Assembly (NCBI GenBank): GCA_965248265.1
Contig: CBDFJF010000001.1
Span: forward strand, 1,888,001-1,952,000
Reading direction: 5' to 3'
Source: Candidatus Latescibacterota bacterium
GTDB lineage: Bacteria; Latescibacterota; UBA2968; UBA8231
Length of the DNA: 64,000 nucleotides
Below are positions 1 to 9,897 of the stretch, piece by piece; the stretch's first letter is position 1; each line of letters opens with the position of its first letter. A program made the translations under genes and the position numbers. The notes under the pieces are model-generated. The model was not told the origin of the DNA, did not search any database, and saw only the letters and a list, made by a program, of their open reading frames with translations.

Positions 1-1653
1 GACATGGGAATCTGCTTTGAGTTCGACCGAGTAGGAACCACTGGCGACGGCATGGCCATTGTCGTCCCGACCATCCCAGACAATTTGGTATTCCCCCGCG
101 GACCGCTGACCAAGATCCCACAAACGCACGCGCTGGCCGTTGATCGAATAGACAGCAAGTTGGGCTTCGACAGACGGGGCATCGATGGCGAATCCGATGG
201 TAACGGCTCCGTTGAACGGATTCGGGTAAGGCGGTGCCAACCGGGTGCTGACGACAGGAAGTGCAGCCGCCCCTTGGGAGACCGCCGTGATCATCGGACG
301 GTTGGCAGAAATCGTGTAATCACCTCCCTGAAACGAAGTCTTGCCGACGATGAGAGCCAGGCTGTCGATGTCACTTACCGTCAGCTGGCCACGCCCGTCG
401 TTGTCCAGGGGTAGGGACATCAGCTCGGTAGCCTGAGTCCGCATGATGTGTGCCCAGACGCTGAAACGGCCGGCGTCACCGCCATCGAATTCGATCGCCA
501 GGTCTCCTGGAGTGCGAAAAAACACCGTCGTCGTCCCCCACTGCCCCTCTACGTGGCCGGTTGCCTCGACCAGCGGCAACTCCTCCACCGGGAAGGAAAC
601 CGCGCTGCGCCGGCCGAGGGCGTCGTAGCTGCCATCCCCGTCACCGGCCTGGACGTAATTGGCCACCACCCATTGCTCCCACGCAGAGTCGAAATCCTCA
701 GTTAAACCCACCGCTTCGAAGGCGTCGTCGACGCCGAAACGTCCGTTCCGCTGCTGTGCCACCAGGTTGCGGATGAGAGGCTGGCCGAAGCGCTCGGCCA
801 GAAAGGACATGAGCAGGTAGGTAGAGCCGTAGTAGGCTGGGGACGCCCTTGCCGGCCAGTTGGTGAAATCGACGTCGGGTTGGTTGAGGAAAGCCGGCAC
901 GGCGGCAGGATCCGCCTCCGGAAATCCAGCCAATTCCTCCGCGTACCCAGACAGGCCTTCATTGATCCAGCTTTCTTCATCAGTGTCATGTCCCCAATGA
1001 ATGAGATGCTGGAACTCATGCGACAACGTCCCTCGCGCCAGATAGGCATCTCGGCGGACTGCCCTCTCGTCCAGGTAGATGACATCACGACGCAATTCGG
1101 GTACCGGATGGGCTGCGACTGCCGGGTCAAAGTAGCCGACGAAGATCGGATCGGCGATGTCCAGGATCAGGATGAATATCTGGTCGTAGCCATCGACATC
1201 AGGTGGCTCCCCGAAGGCTTGCGACGAAAGCTCGTAGACTCCTCGACCAGGATCGGCGGGTGTAGACTGATCGAAGAGTTCAGCGATACCATCGACGTGT
1301 GACTGTAGAACCGACCCTCCATTCGTATCCCATTGCCGGTCCTCGACGAACACGAATGCGTGCTCACCGACGAATTGGCAGCTCGCCTGCAACAGGACAG
1401 ACGATCCGGATACTGGGAAGCCGAGTTGGGTGCCTACCGCTATTTCTTCCGCTTGCTGAGGTGAGAGGTGCAGTGATTTACCGGCTATCTCAGGAGTCGG
1501 AACAGCGGCTGCCTTCAACGCCAGCAGACGCGTACCACAGATCCTCCCCGCACTGTCATGGCTGTGTTGAGCAAAGGCGGTCACCTGAACCAGCAGCGTC
1601 CACGACAACAGCACGCATGAACGAGCGAGAACTGCGTTCTGGAGATGATTCAT
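1..1653 (-). CDS. Secreted zinc metallopeptidase (M30/MA-clan-like) with FlgD/T9SS-type C-terminal sorting domain; 3' end runs off the window
   Basis: Not in the ORF track. Manual translation from ATG 1653 (MNHLQNAVLARSCVLLSWTLLVQVTAFAQ, signal peptide) is open to position 1, with HEFQHLIH, WINEGLS and C-terminal PYPNPFN...WDGRDDNGHAVASGSY. Confidence 0.85.
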   Translation of the reverse strand, partial: MNHLQNAVLARSCVLLSWTLLVQVTAFAQHSHDSAGRICGTRLLALKAAAVPTPEIAGKSLHLSPQQAEEIAVGTQLGFPVSGSSVLLQASCQFVGEHAFVFVEDRQWDTNGGSVLQSHVDGIAELFDQSTPADPGRGVYELSSQAFGEPPDVDGYDQIFILILDIADPIFVGYFDPAVAAHPVPELRRDVIYLDERAVRRDAYLARGTLSHEFQHLIHWGHDTDEESWINEGLSGYAEELAGFPEADPAAVPAFLNQPDVDFTNWPARASPAYYGSTYLLMSFLAERFGQPLIRNLVAQQRNGRFGVDDAFEAVGLTEDFDSAWEQWVVANYVQAGDGDGSYDALGRRSAVSFPVEELPLVEATGHVEGQWGTTTVFFRTPGDLAIEFDGGDAGRFSVWAHIMRTQATELMSLPLDNDGRGQLTVSDIDSLALIVGKTSFQGGDYTISANRPMITAVSQGAAALPVVSTRLAPPYPNPFNGAVTIGFAIDAPSVEAQLAVYSINGQRVRLWDLGQRSAGEYQIVWDGRDDNGHAVASGSYSVELKADSHV

Positions 1654-1817
1654 CGGGATTCGACAACTAGCGATAGAATCTCTTCGTGAGCGTGACCACG
1701 CCCTCCATATAAAATCTCTTCATGAGCGTGACCACGCCCTCCATATAAAATCTCTTCGTGAGCGTGACCACGCCCTCCATATAAAATCTCTTCGTGAGCG
1801 TGACAACGCCCCTTCAT
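1650..1817 (-). CDS. Putative 55-aa His-rich repeat peptide MKGRC(HAHEEILYGGRG)3HAHEEILSLVVESR
   Basis: ATG directly follows the TAG of 1818..2471; its TGA overlaps the ATG of the downstream peptidase (ATGA). Below the ORF-track size cutoff. Confidence 0.4.
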   Translation of the reverse strand: MKGRCHAHEEILYGGRGHAHEEILYGGRGHAHEEILYGGRGHAHEEILSLVVESR

Positions 1818-1838
1818 CTAGAATCTCTTCATGAGCGT
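1674..1838. repeat. 36-bp tandem repeat, about 4.5 copies, no spacers
   Basis: Unit TARAATCTCTTCRTGAGCGTGACCACGCCCTCCATA; the last partial copy is the 3' end of the 1818..2471 gene. Confidence 0.95.
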
Positions 1839-2471
1839 AACGTGGAAACGATCGATGTCGGCTGGGCCCAGGAGTAGCTCAACCTGGGGATTGGCGTCAT
1901 GTCCGACGCCTGAACTGGAACGAGCTGCGTGGATGGCGGCGGCAACGTGGTTGAAGACGACCAGACCGGTGATGTACACGGCATTGCGGTCGGCAGTTTC
2001 TGCGGAATTGCGCAAACCGCGATAGCGCTCGCGCGACGCCGCATCGTCCCACTCCCAGAAGAATGAGGTGGTGTCGGGATACAGTTCAGCTTCGGGGCCA
2101 TCGTCGACTCGGGCGAACTGGTTGTGCTGGTGACGGCTTTCGTAGAAACCCAGATCATCGAAGTACTGTCCGCCCTTGCCATCAGGTCGGGCGCTGGCGT
2201 GCTCGGCTGCGTAGGTCTCGTAATTGACCTGTCGCGAATCAGCCAGCCATTTGAAACCCATATAGCCCCCCCAAAGCGCGAGCTCCGTTGCCATGAAGCG
2301 GGAGCCACTGGTCGTCCTTCCGCTTTGCAACTGCCCCCAACCGGGCACCAGCAACGACAACCAGAATTCGCGGCCGGCAGCCTGCGCCTCTCCGGACGTC
2401 AGCAGAACCGGCAATGCGCACAAGATGACACCCGTCCTGATATGCAACACCGATGTGAGCGACTTCATCAT
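1818..2471 (-). CDS. DUF5683-like membrane/exported protein
   Basis: SLLVPGWGQ motif, NH-x-A-I-x-A helix, C-terminal beta-strand ending in F (FHVTLMKRF). Confidence 0.7.
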   Translation of the reverse strand: MMKSLTSVLHIRTGVILCALPVLLTSGEAQAAGREFWLSLLVPGWGQLQSGRTTSGSRFMATELALWGGYMGFKWLADSRQVNYETYAAEHASARPDGKGGQYFDDLGFYESRHQHNQFARVDDGPEAELYPDTTSFFWEWDDAASRERYRGLRNSAETADRNAVYITGLVVFNHVAAAIHAARSSSGVGHDANPQVELLLGPADIDRFHVTLMKRF

Positions 2472-3511
2472 CAGTAGAAGGGTTTATAGGCCAGTATTAT
2501 AGGAGCGCCTCCCCGCAAACCGTCTCGGGTTGTGAAGGCAAATCGGGTTCTGCCGTCGATGGCCGCGGCCGTTTTGCCTGCCGCGGTGTCGCGAGCAACG
2601 CGCGACGCATCGATCGCGCTGAGGACATGGTTGACCAGAATGAGACCGGAAACCGTCGAGGCCCGCTCAAGCCACTTGTTGCTATCGTCACGGCGACCCT
2701 CGTACGTGAGGCGCTTGTCGGAGTTGAAATGCTCCACCGAATCCACGGCCGAGGGTTGCACGGGACTGCCGTTGGCATCGGTCAGATCGGACCAGCCAGA
2801 GACAAACTGATCGTACTTGCCGATCAGCTCGTAGTACTGCTGGGCCTCGGACTCGGGGCAATCGCCTAGCCCGTCGATGCCGTCATTGACGATGTAAAGG
2901 CTACAGGGAAGGGCATGCGTCAGGGAGGAAAACCGCGAGCGCGAGGAGAGGCGCCAATTGAGATAATCCTGCGGACTCCACTCCTCTCGCGCCGTGGCGC
3001 GGAACTCATCAACGATGTCGTTGCCCTTGCCGTCCCACGTTGACCAAAGGGCCCAACCCAACGCTTCGAGACCGAGAAAAATGGCAGCGCGTTTACGGTT
3101 ACCCGCATAGTACTCACCGGCGCCGGGCAACAGCGCCGACAGAAACAATGCCTTTGCCGGAGACTTGATGGCGGGGTCTCTTGGGACCGAAGACGCCGCG
3201 TCTTCCTCGTCCGAGTCAGCGGCAGTCTGGGTTGTGGCCTCCGTGACATCACCGGCCCCCCCGGTTGGCGCCACGATTGAAAACGGGGCACCGAACAGGC
3301 TCGGCAATGATGAGCGCAGGGGAGCTGGGATTTCCTCATGGTCCGACCCTATGGTTCGTTCGGGCACCATCAGGTGAAACGCCTCCCCCTGGGACTCACT
3401 TTCGGCCAACACTCCGGTGGCAAACGCGATCGAAATCAGGGTCAGTTGCCACAGTGAGCACGGGACGCTCGCCGTGTGACACGGCCTTCTCACCACTCGT
3501 CGATTTGGCAC
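2471..3511 (-). CDS. DUF5683-like membrane/exported protein
   Basis: KSPAKALFLSALLPGAGEYY, QQYYELIGKYDQF, NHVLSAIDA, aromatic C-terminus; paralogous to its neighbour. Confidence 0.75.
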   Translation of the reverse strand: MPNRRVVRRPCHTASVPCSLWQLTLISIAFATGVLAESESQGEAFHLMVPERTIGSDHEEIPAPLRSSLPSLFGAPFSIVAPTGGAGDVTEATTQTAADSDEEDAASSVPRDPAIKSPAKALFLSALLPGAGEYYAGNRKRAAIFLGLEALGWALWSTWDGKGNDIVDEFRATAREEWSPQDYLNWRLSSRSRFSSLTHALPCSLYIVNDGIDGLGDCPESEAQQYYELIGKYDQFVSGWSDLTDANGSPVQPSAVDSVEHFNSDKRLTYEGRRDDSNKWLERASTVSGLILVNHVLSAIDASRVARDTAAGKTAAAIDGRTRFAFTTRDGLRGGAPIILAYKPFY

Positions 3512-3535
3512 AGTACCGATCCTTTCAAAGTTGGT

Positions 3536-6500
3536 TTACAGATACCCGAAAAGCATCGTGAAGTAATACTTCCAGGGATTGCGCCCTGCAGGCTCGTCGA
3601 TGCCATACGCGACATCGAATTGGATTCGCGTCGGCATACCGTAGTACGACAGCAGGTCGAAACGAAGTTGCCCTCCAGCGTCGCGCAAGGGAGCCGTCCG
3701 ATCGTAAATGGGATCGGGATCGTCATGGTTGTCATCCCAGGCCTTGCCGACATCAGCGTATAATGCCCCGTAGACCTTGTCTATGTAAAGATGGGCTAAA
3801 CGCTGTCTGATGTCAGAGAACAAGGGCGTTCGCAGGGTGAGGCTGGTCATCGCTGCCTTGCGCCCTTCCAGGCTATAGAAGGAATATCCCTTCATGAAAT
3901 TCAAGCCACCGAGATGGAAGTCGAAAAAATCGTTCACTAGGACGTCGTCATCGACGTTGTCGCTGGTAATCCAACCACCGTAGAACCTGATTCCCAGACT
4001 GGAGTTGTTGGGCAGTCCGACAAACTCCTGCCAATCCAGGGTGAATTGATTGTAGAGCAGGCGCAGGTACTGTTCATCCAGAAAGGATGTGTTGTTCTCG
4101 TCGAATCCCTTGAGGAAATAGTTGAACATCCGGTCATAACGAAAGTAAATGCGTCGTCCTCCGCGCGGATTGATGTCGCGATCTCGCCGCCGGCTGATCG
4201 CTTCCATGCGGTAGGTAGCCGCCAGTCCGAAGCCATGCAGGTAGGTGTACCCGAACGGCTTCTGCTTCTGCTGGTTGAACCCGGGCTGGCCGTCTCGCCG
4301 CGGCACGAAGGCATCCCACTTCAGACTCGCATCATAGCGGTCGTAGGTCGCCGACAGGCGCAACTCGGCACTCTTACCCAGATGTCCGCTCAGTCCTGTG
4401 CTCACCTGGCTCAGGCTGAAGTCCATTCCGGTGATGATGCCGGTGTTCGCCTCGGAGCTGTCCCGTCGTGTCGTGTTCTTCTTTTGATGGAAGAATTCGA
4501 AAAACAGGGTCGGGCGCCATTTTCGGTACTCGTATATGGCAAACAGATCGCGATCGCGGTTGGTCGGAGCGACGGCGGCCCCGATGAAGATGCTCTGCTT
4601 GGACAACACGTCTGAGGCTGCGACGTAGGCCCCAGCTTTGAAGCGTCCCTCGTCGACGATCAACCGCGGTATGATCATGGTTCGGAGAAAATCCACTCCG
4701 TATGGCTGGCTCTCTCCTTCGACCTCCCTGAGCGGCCAAGGGGAAGCCAGCTTCGACGGAACCACGGGGGCATGCTCAGCCGGCGACAACGAGCCGGTTG
4801 CCTCTTCAGATTCAGTTTGCGTAGCCGCGTTCCCGCCGATCGACCTGATTTGATAGCCGTCTCTGCCGTACGAAGAGAATGCGATATCACCGTTTGCCCG
4901 GACAGTTGGATTCAGTGCCCCACCGACCACATTGGTCAGCCGCGTCGTTTGCCTGGTGGCCACATCGATAGCGTAGAGATTGAAAATCCCCGATTGATCT
5001 GAGGAAAACACAACCTTGCTCCCGTCAACGCTCCAGACGGGATCCCGGTCTGTGCCCTCGGTCGCCACCAGGTATTCGAAGTCGGCCGCCGAGTACCTGG
5101 CTGGTGCGGCGGCGTCCGCAGTATCAATGTCGAGCAAGGCAATGTCCCGCTGTCCTCCTGATGAAACGGAAAGGACCAGCTTGGTCCCGTCGGGCGACCA
5201 TCGCGGTGTGTAGAGCTGCGTACCATCGACGAAGTCGGTCAGGTAGCGGATGTCGCTGCCGTCCATCTTCATCAACCCAAGATTGTTGGTGCTCCCCTGA
5301 TTGCGGACGAAAGCGATATGCTTCCCGTCTGGTGAGTGGGCTGGGTACAACGCGCGGACGCCGCTGGTGAGACGCCGCACGCGAGGCGATTCCGGCGCGT
5401 AGCCGCTTACCATGCTCGCCGGCGTCCACATGATTTTGGAAGCCAGCCCGCGGTCCGCGGCCGCGAAGGAGTACTCGAACAGATCGGCCTGTCGCGAACC
5501 ATACTTGTCGGCGCGCCTTTTTTGAACGTAAACAAGGTGCTCGCCATCGGCGGACCAGGAGATGGAAGAGACAACACCCGGCTGGATAAACTCATCCTCC
5601 CCCTCATCATCCCCTTCCAGATCGCGAACGACCAAGGCGTGCGGACCGTAGTCACCCTTTCCGGTAGTCAAGTACGCGAGTCGCTTGCCGTCAGGCGAAT
5701 AGGCGGGATGAATGTTGGAAAAGCCTTCCTCGGTGACTGCCTCACCCTCGATCAGCGTGCCCAACGCTTCCACCTGAGCCCGGTAGGTCTGCGACATGGC
5801 CGAGCGCCATGCATCGTGCAACTCCTCTGTCGAGAGTCCCAGCACCTTGTCGATGGCCGAATCGATCTCCATGGCATGCCAGCTGGAGACCTCCTCACAC
5901 AAGTCGGCCAACGCCTGATCGCCGTACTCGGTGGCGATATAGCGGACCAGGCCGTAACCGTGGTCGTAGACGAACTCGTTGCCGAATCCGCGCTTGCTGA
6001 ACACTCCCATGTCGTCGAATGACAGCAATTGATCATTGAGTACGGCCGTGCGCAGTGCCATGTCCCGGTGCGAGTCCCAACGGTCGTGGCGGGCTTCAGC
6101 GACCTGGTACTGGGCCACCCCCTCGGCAAACCACATCGGCACTACCGTCATCATAATCGGGTAGGAAACGAGCACGTCGGGGTAGCCGATGAGGATATCG
6201 GGACGATTGCTCTCGCGCTGGTAGGCCAGCCATTGCACAAAGGCGGCCGGCACCCGATCCGGCCCCTTGCGGGCAGCACCCAGGGAAATCATGTGAGTGA
6301 ACTCGTGGGTGACGACGTTGCCGAGCCAGTCGGTCGTGCCCCGCATGTCGAAATCGTGATCCAGCGGCGTCGTCCAGATCTCCATCGTGTCCAGATAGAA
6401 GAACGCGGCGCCGTTGGCGTAGTCGTCGTAGTCCTTGAGGATGATGCGAATCTTGTCTGTCGGTTCGTAGCGGTAGAGCTCAGTGACGGGCTGGTAGGCG

Positions 6501-6715
6501 GCCTCAGCAACCTTCGCGGTGTAACGTGCAGCGTGTTCCAGGCCCTGGTGAAATTGTACCCTGAAGTGGTCGGTTTCAAAAACCCGCCAGTCGAGTTCGG
6601 GATGATTCTGGGCTACCGCTGGTAACCCGGCCGTTACCAGTAAGGCGGCCGCCATCTTCAGTAGCGACTGCCGTCCCCTGTTGCCGCCTTCAATGTATCT
6701 GGGAGATTTGTCCAT
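3536..6715 (-). CDS. Fusion of MA-clan metallopeptidase, TolB-like PD40 beta-propeller and BamA/TamA(Omp85)-like barrel
   Basis: HEFTH and WFAEGVA; repeated P-x-[WY]SPDG motifs; C-terminal LGG..MKGY, YADVGKAW, RIQFDVAYG and terminal aromatic strand. Confidence 0.8.
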   Translation of the reverse strand: MDKSPRYIEGGNRGRQSLLKMAAALLVTAGLPAVAQNHPELDWRVFETDHFRVQFHQGLEHAARYTAKVAEAAYQPVTELYRYEPTDKIRIILKDYDDYANGAAFFYLDTMEIWTTPLDHDFDMRGTTDWLGNVVTHEFTHMISLGAARKGPDRVPAAFVQWLAYQRESNRPDILIGYPDVLVSYPIMMTVVPMWFAEGVAQYQVAEARHDRWDSHRDMALRTAVLNDQLLSFDDMGVFSKRGFGNEFVYDHGYGLVRYIATEYGDQALADLCEEVSSWHAMEIDSAIDKVLGLSTEELHDAWRSAMSQTYRAQVEALGTLIEGEAVTEEGFSNIHPAYSPDGKRLAYLTTGKGDYGPHALVVRDLEGDDEGEDEFIQPGVVSSISWSADGEHLVYVQKRRADKYGSRQADLFEYSFAAADRGLASKIMWTPASMVSGYAPESPRVRRLTSGVRALYPAHSPDGKHIAFVRNQGSTNNLGLMKMDGSDIRYLTDFVDGTQLYTPRWSPDGTKLVLSVSSGGQRDIALLDIDTADAAAPARYSAADFEYLVATEGTDRDPVWSVDGSKVVFSSDQSGIFNLYAIDVATRQTTRLTNVVGGALNPTVRANGDIAFSSYGRDGYQIRSIGGNAATQTESEEATGSLSPAEHAPVVPSKLASPWPLREVEGESQPYGVDFLRTMIIPRLIVDEGRFKAGAYVAASDVLSKQSIFIGAAVAPTNRDRDLFAIYEYRKWRPTLFFEFFHQKKNTTRRDSSEANTGIITGMDFSLSQVSTGLSGHLGKSAELRLSATYDRYDASLKWDAFVPRRDGQPGFNQQKQKPFGYTYLHGFGLAATYRMEAISRRRDRDINPRGGRRIYFRYDRMFNYFLKGFDENNTSFLDEQYLRLLYNQFTLDWQEFVGLPNNSSLGIRFYGGWITSDNVDDDVLVNDFFDFHLGGLNFMKGYSFYSLEGRKAAMTSLTLRTPLFSDIRQRLAHLYIDKVYGALYADVGKAWDDNHDDPDPIYDRTAPLRDAGGQLRFDLLSYYGMPTRIQFDVAYGIDEPAGRNPWKYYFTMLFGYL

Positions 6716-6731
6716 TGGCGCAGACTCTACT

Positions 6732-9700
6732 TTACCGACTCACGGCCATGCGTACAATCACGTGCTGCTGCTCCGACGCGGTACGGGCCTCCAGTCGACA
6801 AATGTATAATCCACTTGCGTAGTCGGCCGTCGACCATTGAATCTCGTTCTCAGCCGGGACTGTGAAGCTGCTGGCGTCAAAGGAAAGGCGGTCGACCCGC
6901 TCACCGATGGCATCGAAAACCTCGAGTTGCACCGTCGCCACCGCGCTGAGGAAGAAGCGCAGGTGCGCGATGCTCTCGCCGTCGACCGGATTGGGATAGC
7001 AGTAAGCGCGTGAGGATGGCAACAGGTGTGTATCAGGTGTGGGTACGGGTGCTGCCTGCCGCCGTCTGTGCGAGTAGCTGCCTGAGGCATCGAAGCCATC
7101 CTGACCCCAACCCACGTCGACTCCTCGATAGCCTGCCATCAGACGAACTGGATCCCACGCGTAGAGTCTTTCCTGCGTGAGCCCGACAATCTTCACTCCC
7201 ACGGATCCCTCCAGATCGGCCAAAACAGGCGAAAAAGCTATCGGCGTCTCTGTCAGCAATGGAAACCCCGGCAGGAAGACACCATCGTCGTCAAAGCCGC
7301 TGACCCCGGTCGGCCCGCCGGCCAGAATCTCCTGTCGTCCATCCCCGTCCAGATCCACCATGACCGGTGACAGCGTGAAGTCGCCAGCCTCATGATGCAT
7401 GGGAGCGGCACTCGGAAAACCGGATTGGTTGAGACCGCTGGAAGCCCGTATCGCGTGGACGGTCCTGCCCGCCACGGCGATAACCTCCAGAAAACCGTCG
7501 CCATCCACGTCGGCCAGTGATGGGCTGGGAATCATTTCGTCTACTCCAGCGGAAAGCTGCTGGGGTAACTGGGTGATTTCAATCCCGCCGTCCGGGTCAA
7601 TTGCAGTGACGTGAAAACTACCACCGTGAGAGAGGGTGATGAGTTCGTCGCGGCCATCGCCGTCGAGATCACCGGAAACCGGTTGCAACCAGCCTTCGTC
7701 ATCCTGCCATAGCGAGACCGGATCGGTCGCCGCTACCACCCATCCCTGTTCCCCGCCAGGAGAAGCTGCGATCAGCTCCCTGGAACCATCGCCATCCAGG
7801 TCGGCCGTGTTGAGGGTGGAAACGGCTTGCGGCCATTGTTGCAATAGGTCCCCGTTGGCGGCGTCGATGGCGATTGTCCCCTCAGAGCCGGCGACCACCA
7901 ATGCGGCGGATCCGGGCCACAGCTGCAGCTGCTCGGAATAGAGTGCAGCGGTGATCGACTCCGCGCGCTCTATGGACCACACCCCATCCCCGTTGACAGA
8001 CCAGGCTTGAATGCTCTGATCGGTCGACAAAAACAATCTTTCTCCATCAGGCGCCGCGGCCAGAAAGACGGCATCTGGCTGATCCCAGATCCCGCCCCCG
8101 TTCCCCGTCAGCAAACGCACTCCCTCGTCGTCCTCGACCAACAAAAGGTCACCTCCGGCGCCGTCTGCGATGGTCAGCGTCTGCACACGCCGTCCTCCAG
8201 CGACTGCCAGCGGCCATCCGGGAAGGCTTCGAGAGAACGTGATCTGAACTCTCATGGTGTCACTGAGCTCGGAAAGAACCTCGATCTCCACTCCGGAAAC
8301 GAGTCCCGTGTTGGTCACAGTTGCAGGCTCCGTGCCTGAGCCAAATAGCGTTGACCCCTGATCACCCGTGGGCGCCTGACCGGCGAAAAAAGGATCCTCC
8401 TGGGTACCTTCTGTGAACTCCTGAAGGGTGAAGAAAACGTTGCCGATGTGGCGATAACCATCCGCCTCCTCGAGTGCGATACCCGGACGAACCCGGTCGT
8501 TGTTGATTCCGCCAGCCAGCTTCCCTGTCGCTATGGCCTCATCATCCACGTGCCAGACAAGGATCCCAGAACCCGGCACGAAGGCGTCGTATTCGTTCAC
8601 TCCGAGCCAAACGCCAGCACCAGTTCCAGCCAGTTCGGTGCGATCCCCGGCCTCCTGCCCAGAAAGAGTGGTTGAGAATTCGATTTCAGATTGGTCCAAC
8701 CACAAAGGATCGTCCTCGCCGAAGGGGAGCGGTACCCCATCAGGCAGCTCGCTACGGCCTCGCTGTTGACGGTTCTCCAGCAGGAAGTACTCGCTCGGCG
8801 AAATGGGAATCACGACTGCCCTGGCAACGGCCTCGGAGTCTTCTGTCGGTGACAACGGTCTGTCCGTCGCCACCACCGCCACCACCGTGTCGCGCCTCAC
8901 GATCAGAGGATCGATCCAGCCCAGCCGGATCTTGCTCCAGGCCATTGGATGCGGTGGAACGAACCCGAACCCCGCTTCCAACTCGTCCTGGATGCGGACG
9001 AATCCCAAACGCGTGGCGCCCACGTCCATCAAGCTCCAACCTCCCAGTCCGGGAACACCGACTGCCGTGTTGGATAGGCTCAGGAGACCGAGTTGAAAGC
9101 CGAAAAACTTGGCCAGCAGACCGTTCAGGCCAGCACGTCCCCGGACATTCACTGCCTCCGGCAGGATCCAGGCATCCGGGAGCTCAAAGGTGCCTCCGTC
9201 CGCCGTAACGGGGTCCCCAGCCGATGCCAGATCCTCTGGGTCCAGGAAGACCGAGCGAATGTCGTTCAGTTCGCCGGTTTCATGGCCGAGGCCTGCGTGA
9301 AGAAACAGGAAGCTGTTGTAGTCGGAAAACACGACGTCATCGTCGGCGGCCTCGACCGCATCCTTGAGCAGGCTGACCCACTTTTCATCGATCTGCTCAG
9401 GCGTCCGGCCATTTCCGTAAATGAGCGCGCGCTGGGGCATGGTATAGACCGAGTCGGGATCCTCGGGCAGTATCGTGTATTCGATGTTGACACGGCCATC
9501 GGATACTGCCCGGTAGTACCGCGCCAGGGCGTCGAGATGGTGACTGAAGTAGATCCCGTCGTGAGGAGGGGTATCGTACGGCAGGTTGTAGTCGTCTATG
9601 GCCTCGCCAAGCGACCGCGTATCGAAGGTACCATCGCCGGAGGTGGTCAGTTCATCCGGGTCTTCGAGCGGAAACTCCACCCGGATAGCCAGGATCTTCC

Positions 9701-9830
9701 AATCCCGACCGTCCCTGACAACCTCCTGCGGCGCCTGGGTAGACTTCGAAGTAGACGAGGGTTCAGCGGTAGTGCTGGCTGCCGCCGATGCCCTCGGTAC
9801 AGCCGACAAGGGCGCGGTGGCCCCGAGCAC
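6732..9830 (-). CDS. Immune inhibitor A (M6)-like domain lacking the zinc motif, FG-GAP repeats and T9SS-type CTD
   Basis: KILAIRVEF, FLHAG, WSLMDVG, AWSKIRLGW, EYFLLENRQ, GILVWHVD; DLDGDG repeats; YCYPNP...GLYICRL. True start may lie slightly upstream. Confidence 0.8.
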   Translation of the reverse strand: MLGATAPLSAVPRASAAASTTAEPSSTSKSTQAPQEVVRDGRDWKILAIRVEFPLEDPDELTTSGDGTFDTRSLGEAIDDYNLPYDTPPHDGIYFSHHLDALARYYRAVSDGRVNIEYTILPEDPDSVYTMPQRALIYGNGRTPEQIDEKWVSLLKDAVEAADDDVVFSDYNSFLFLHAGLGHETGELNDIRSVFLDPEDLASAGDPVTADGGTFELPDAWILPEAVNVRGRAGLNGLLAKFFGFQLGLLSLSNTAVGVPGLGGWSLMDVGATRLGFVRIQDELEAGFGFVPPHPMAWSKIRLGWIDPLIVRRDTVVAVVATDRPLSPTEDSEAVARAVVIPISPSEYFLLENRQQRGRSELPDGVPLPFGEDDPLWLDQSEIEFSTTLSGQEAGDRTELAGTGAGVWLGVNEYDAFVPGSGILVWHVDDEAIATGKLAGGINNDRVRPGIALEEADGYRHIGNVFFTLQEFTEGTQEDPFFAGQAPTGDQGSTLFGSGTEPATVTNTGLVSGVEIEVLSELSDTMRVQITFSRSLPGWPLAVAGGRRVQTLTIADGAGGDLLLVEDDEGVRLLTGNGGGIWDQPDAVFLAAAPDGERLFLSTDQSIQAWSVNGDGVWSIERAESITAALYSEQLQLWPGSAALVVAGSEGTIAIDAANGDLLQQWPQAVSTLNTADLDGDGSRELIAASPGGEQGWVVAATDPVSLWQDDEGWLQPVSGDLDGDGRDELITLSHGGSFHVTAIDPDGGIEITQLPQQLSAGVDEMIPSPSLADVDGDGFLEVIAVAGRTVHAIRASSGLNQSGFPSAAPMHHEAGDFTLSPVMVDLDGDGRQEILAGGPTGVSGFDDDGVFLPGFPLLTETPIAFSPVLADLEGSVGVKIVGLTQERLYAWDPVRLMAGYRGVDVGWGQDGFDASGSYSHRRRQAAPVPTPDTHLLPSSRAYCYPNPVDGESIAHLRFFLSAVATVQLEVFDAIGERVDRLSFDASSFTVPAENEIQWSTADYASGLYICRLEARTASEQQHVIVRMAVSR

Positions 9831-9897
9831 GGCGGTTAGTAGAAGATAGAAGGATCTCAGAGAAGAAAGGGCTCTGGTGTCGTCGGTCGCAGTTGAA

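Noticed and set aside
4-1670. Plus-strand ORFs 4..414, 880..1302 and 1299..1670
   Set aside because: Shadows of the minus-strand peptidase that the ORF track missed because it has no stop inside the window.
1674-1838. CRISPR array (36-bp repeat with internal palindrome)
   Set aside because: Units are head-to-tail with no unique spacers, the repeat derives from the adjacent gene end, and no cas genes are present.
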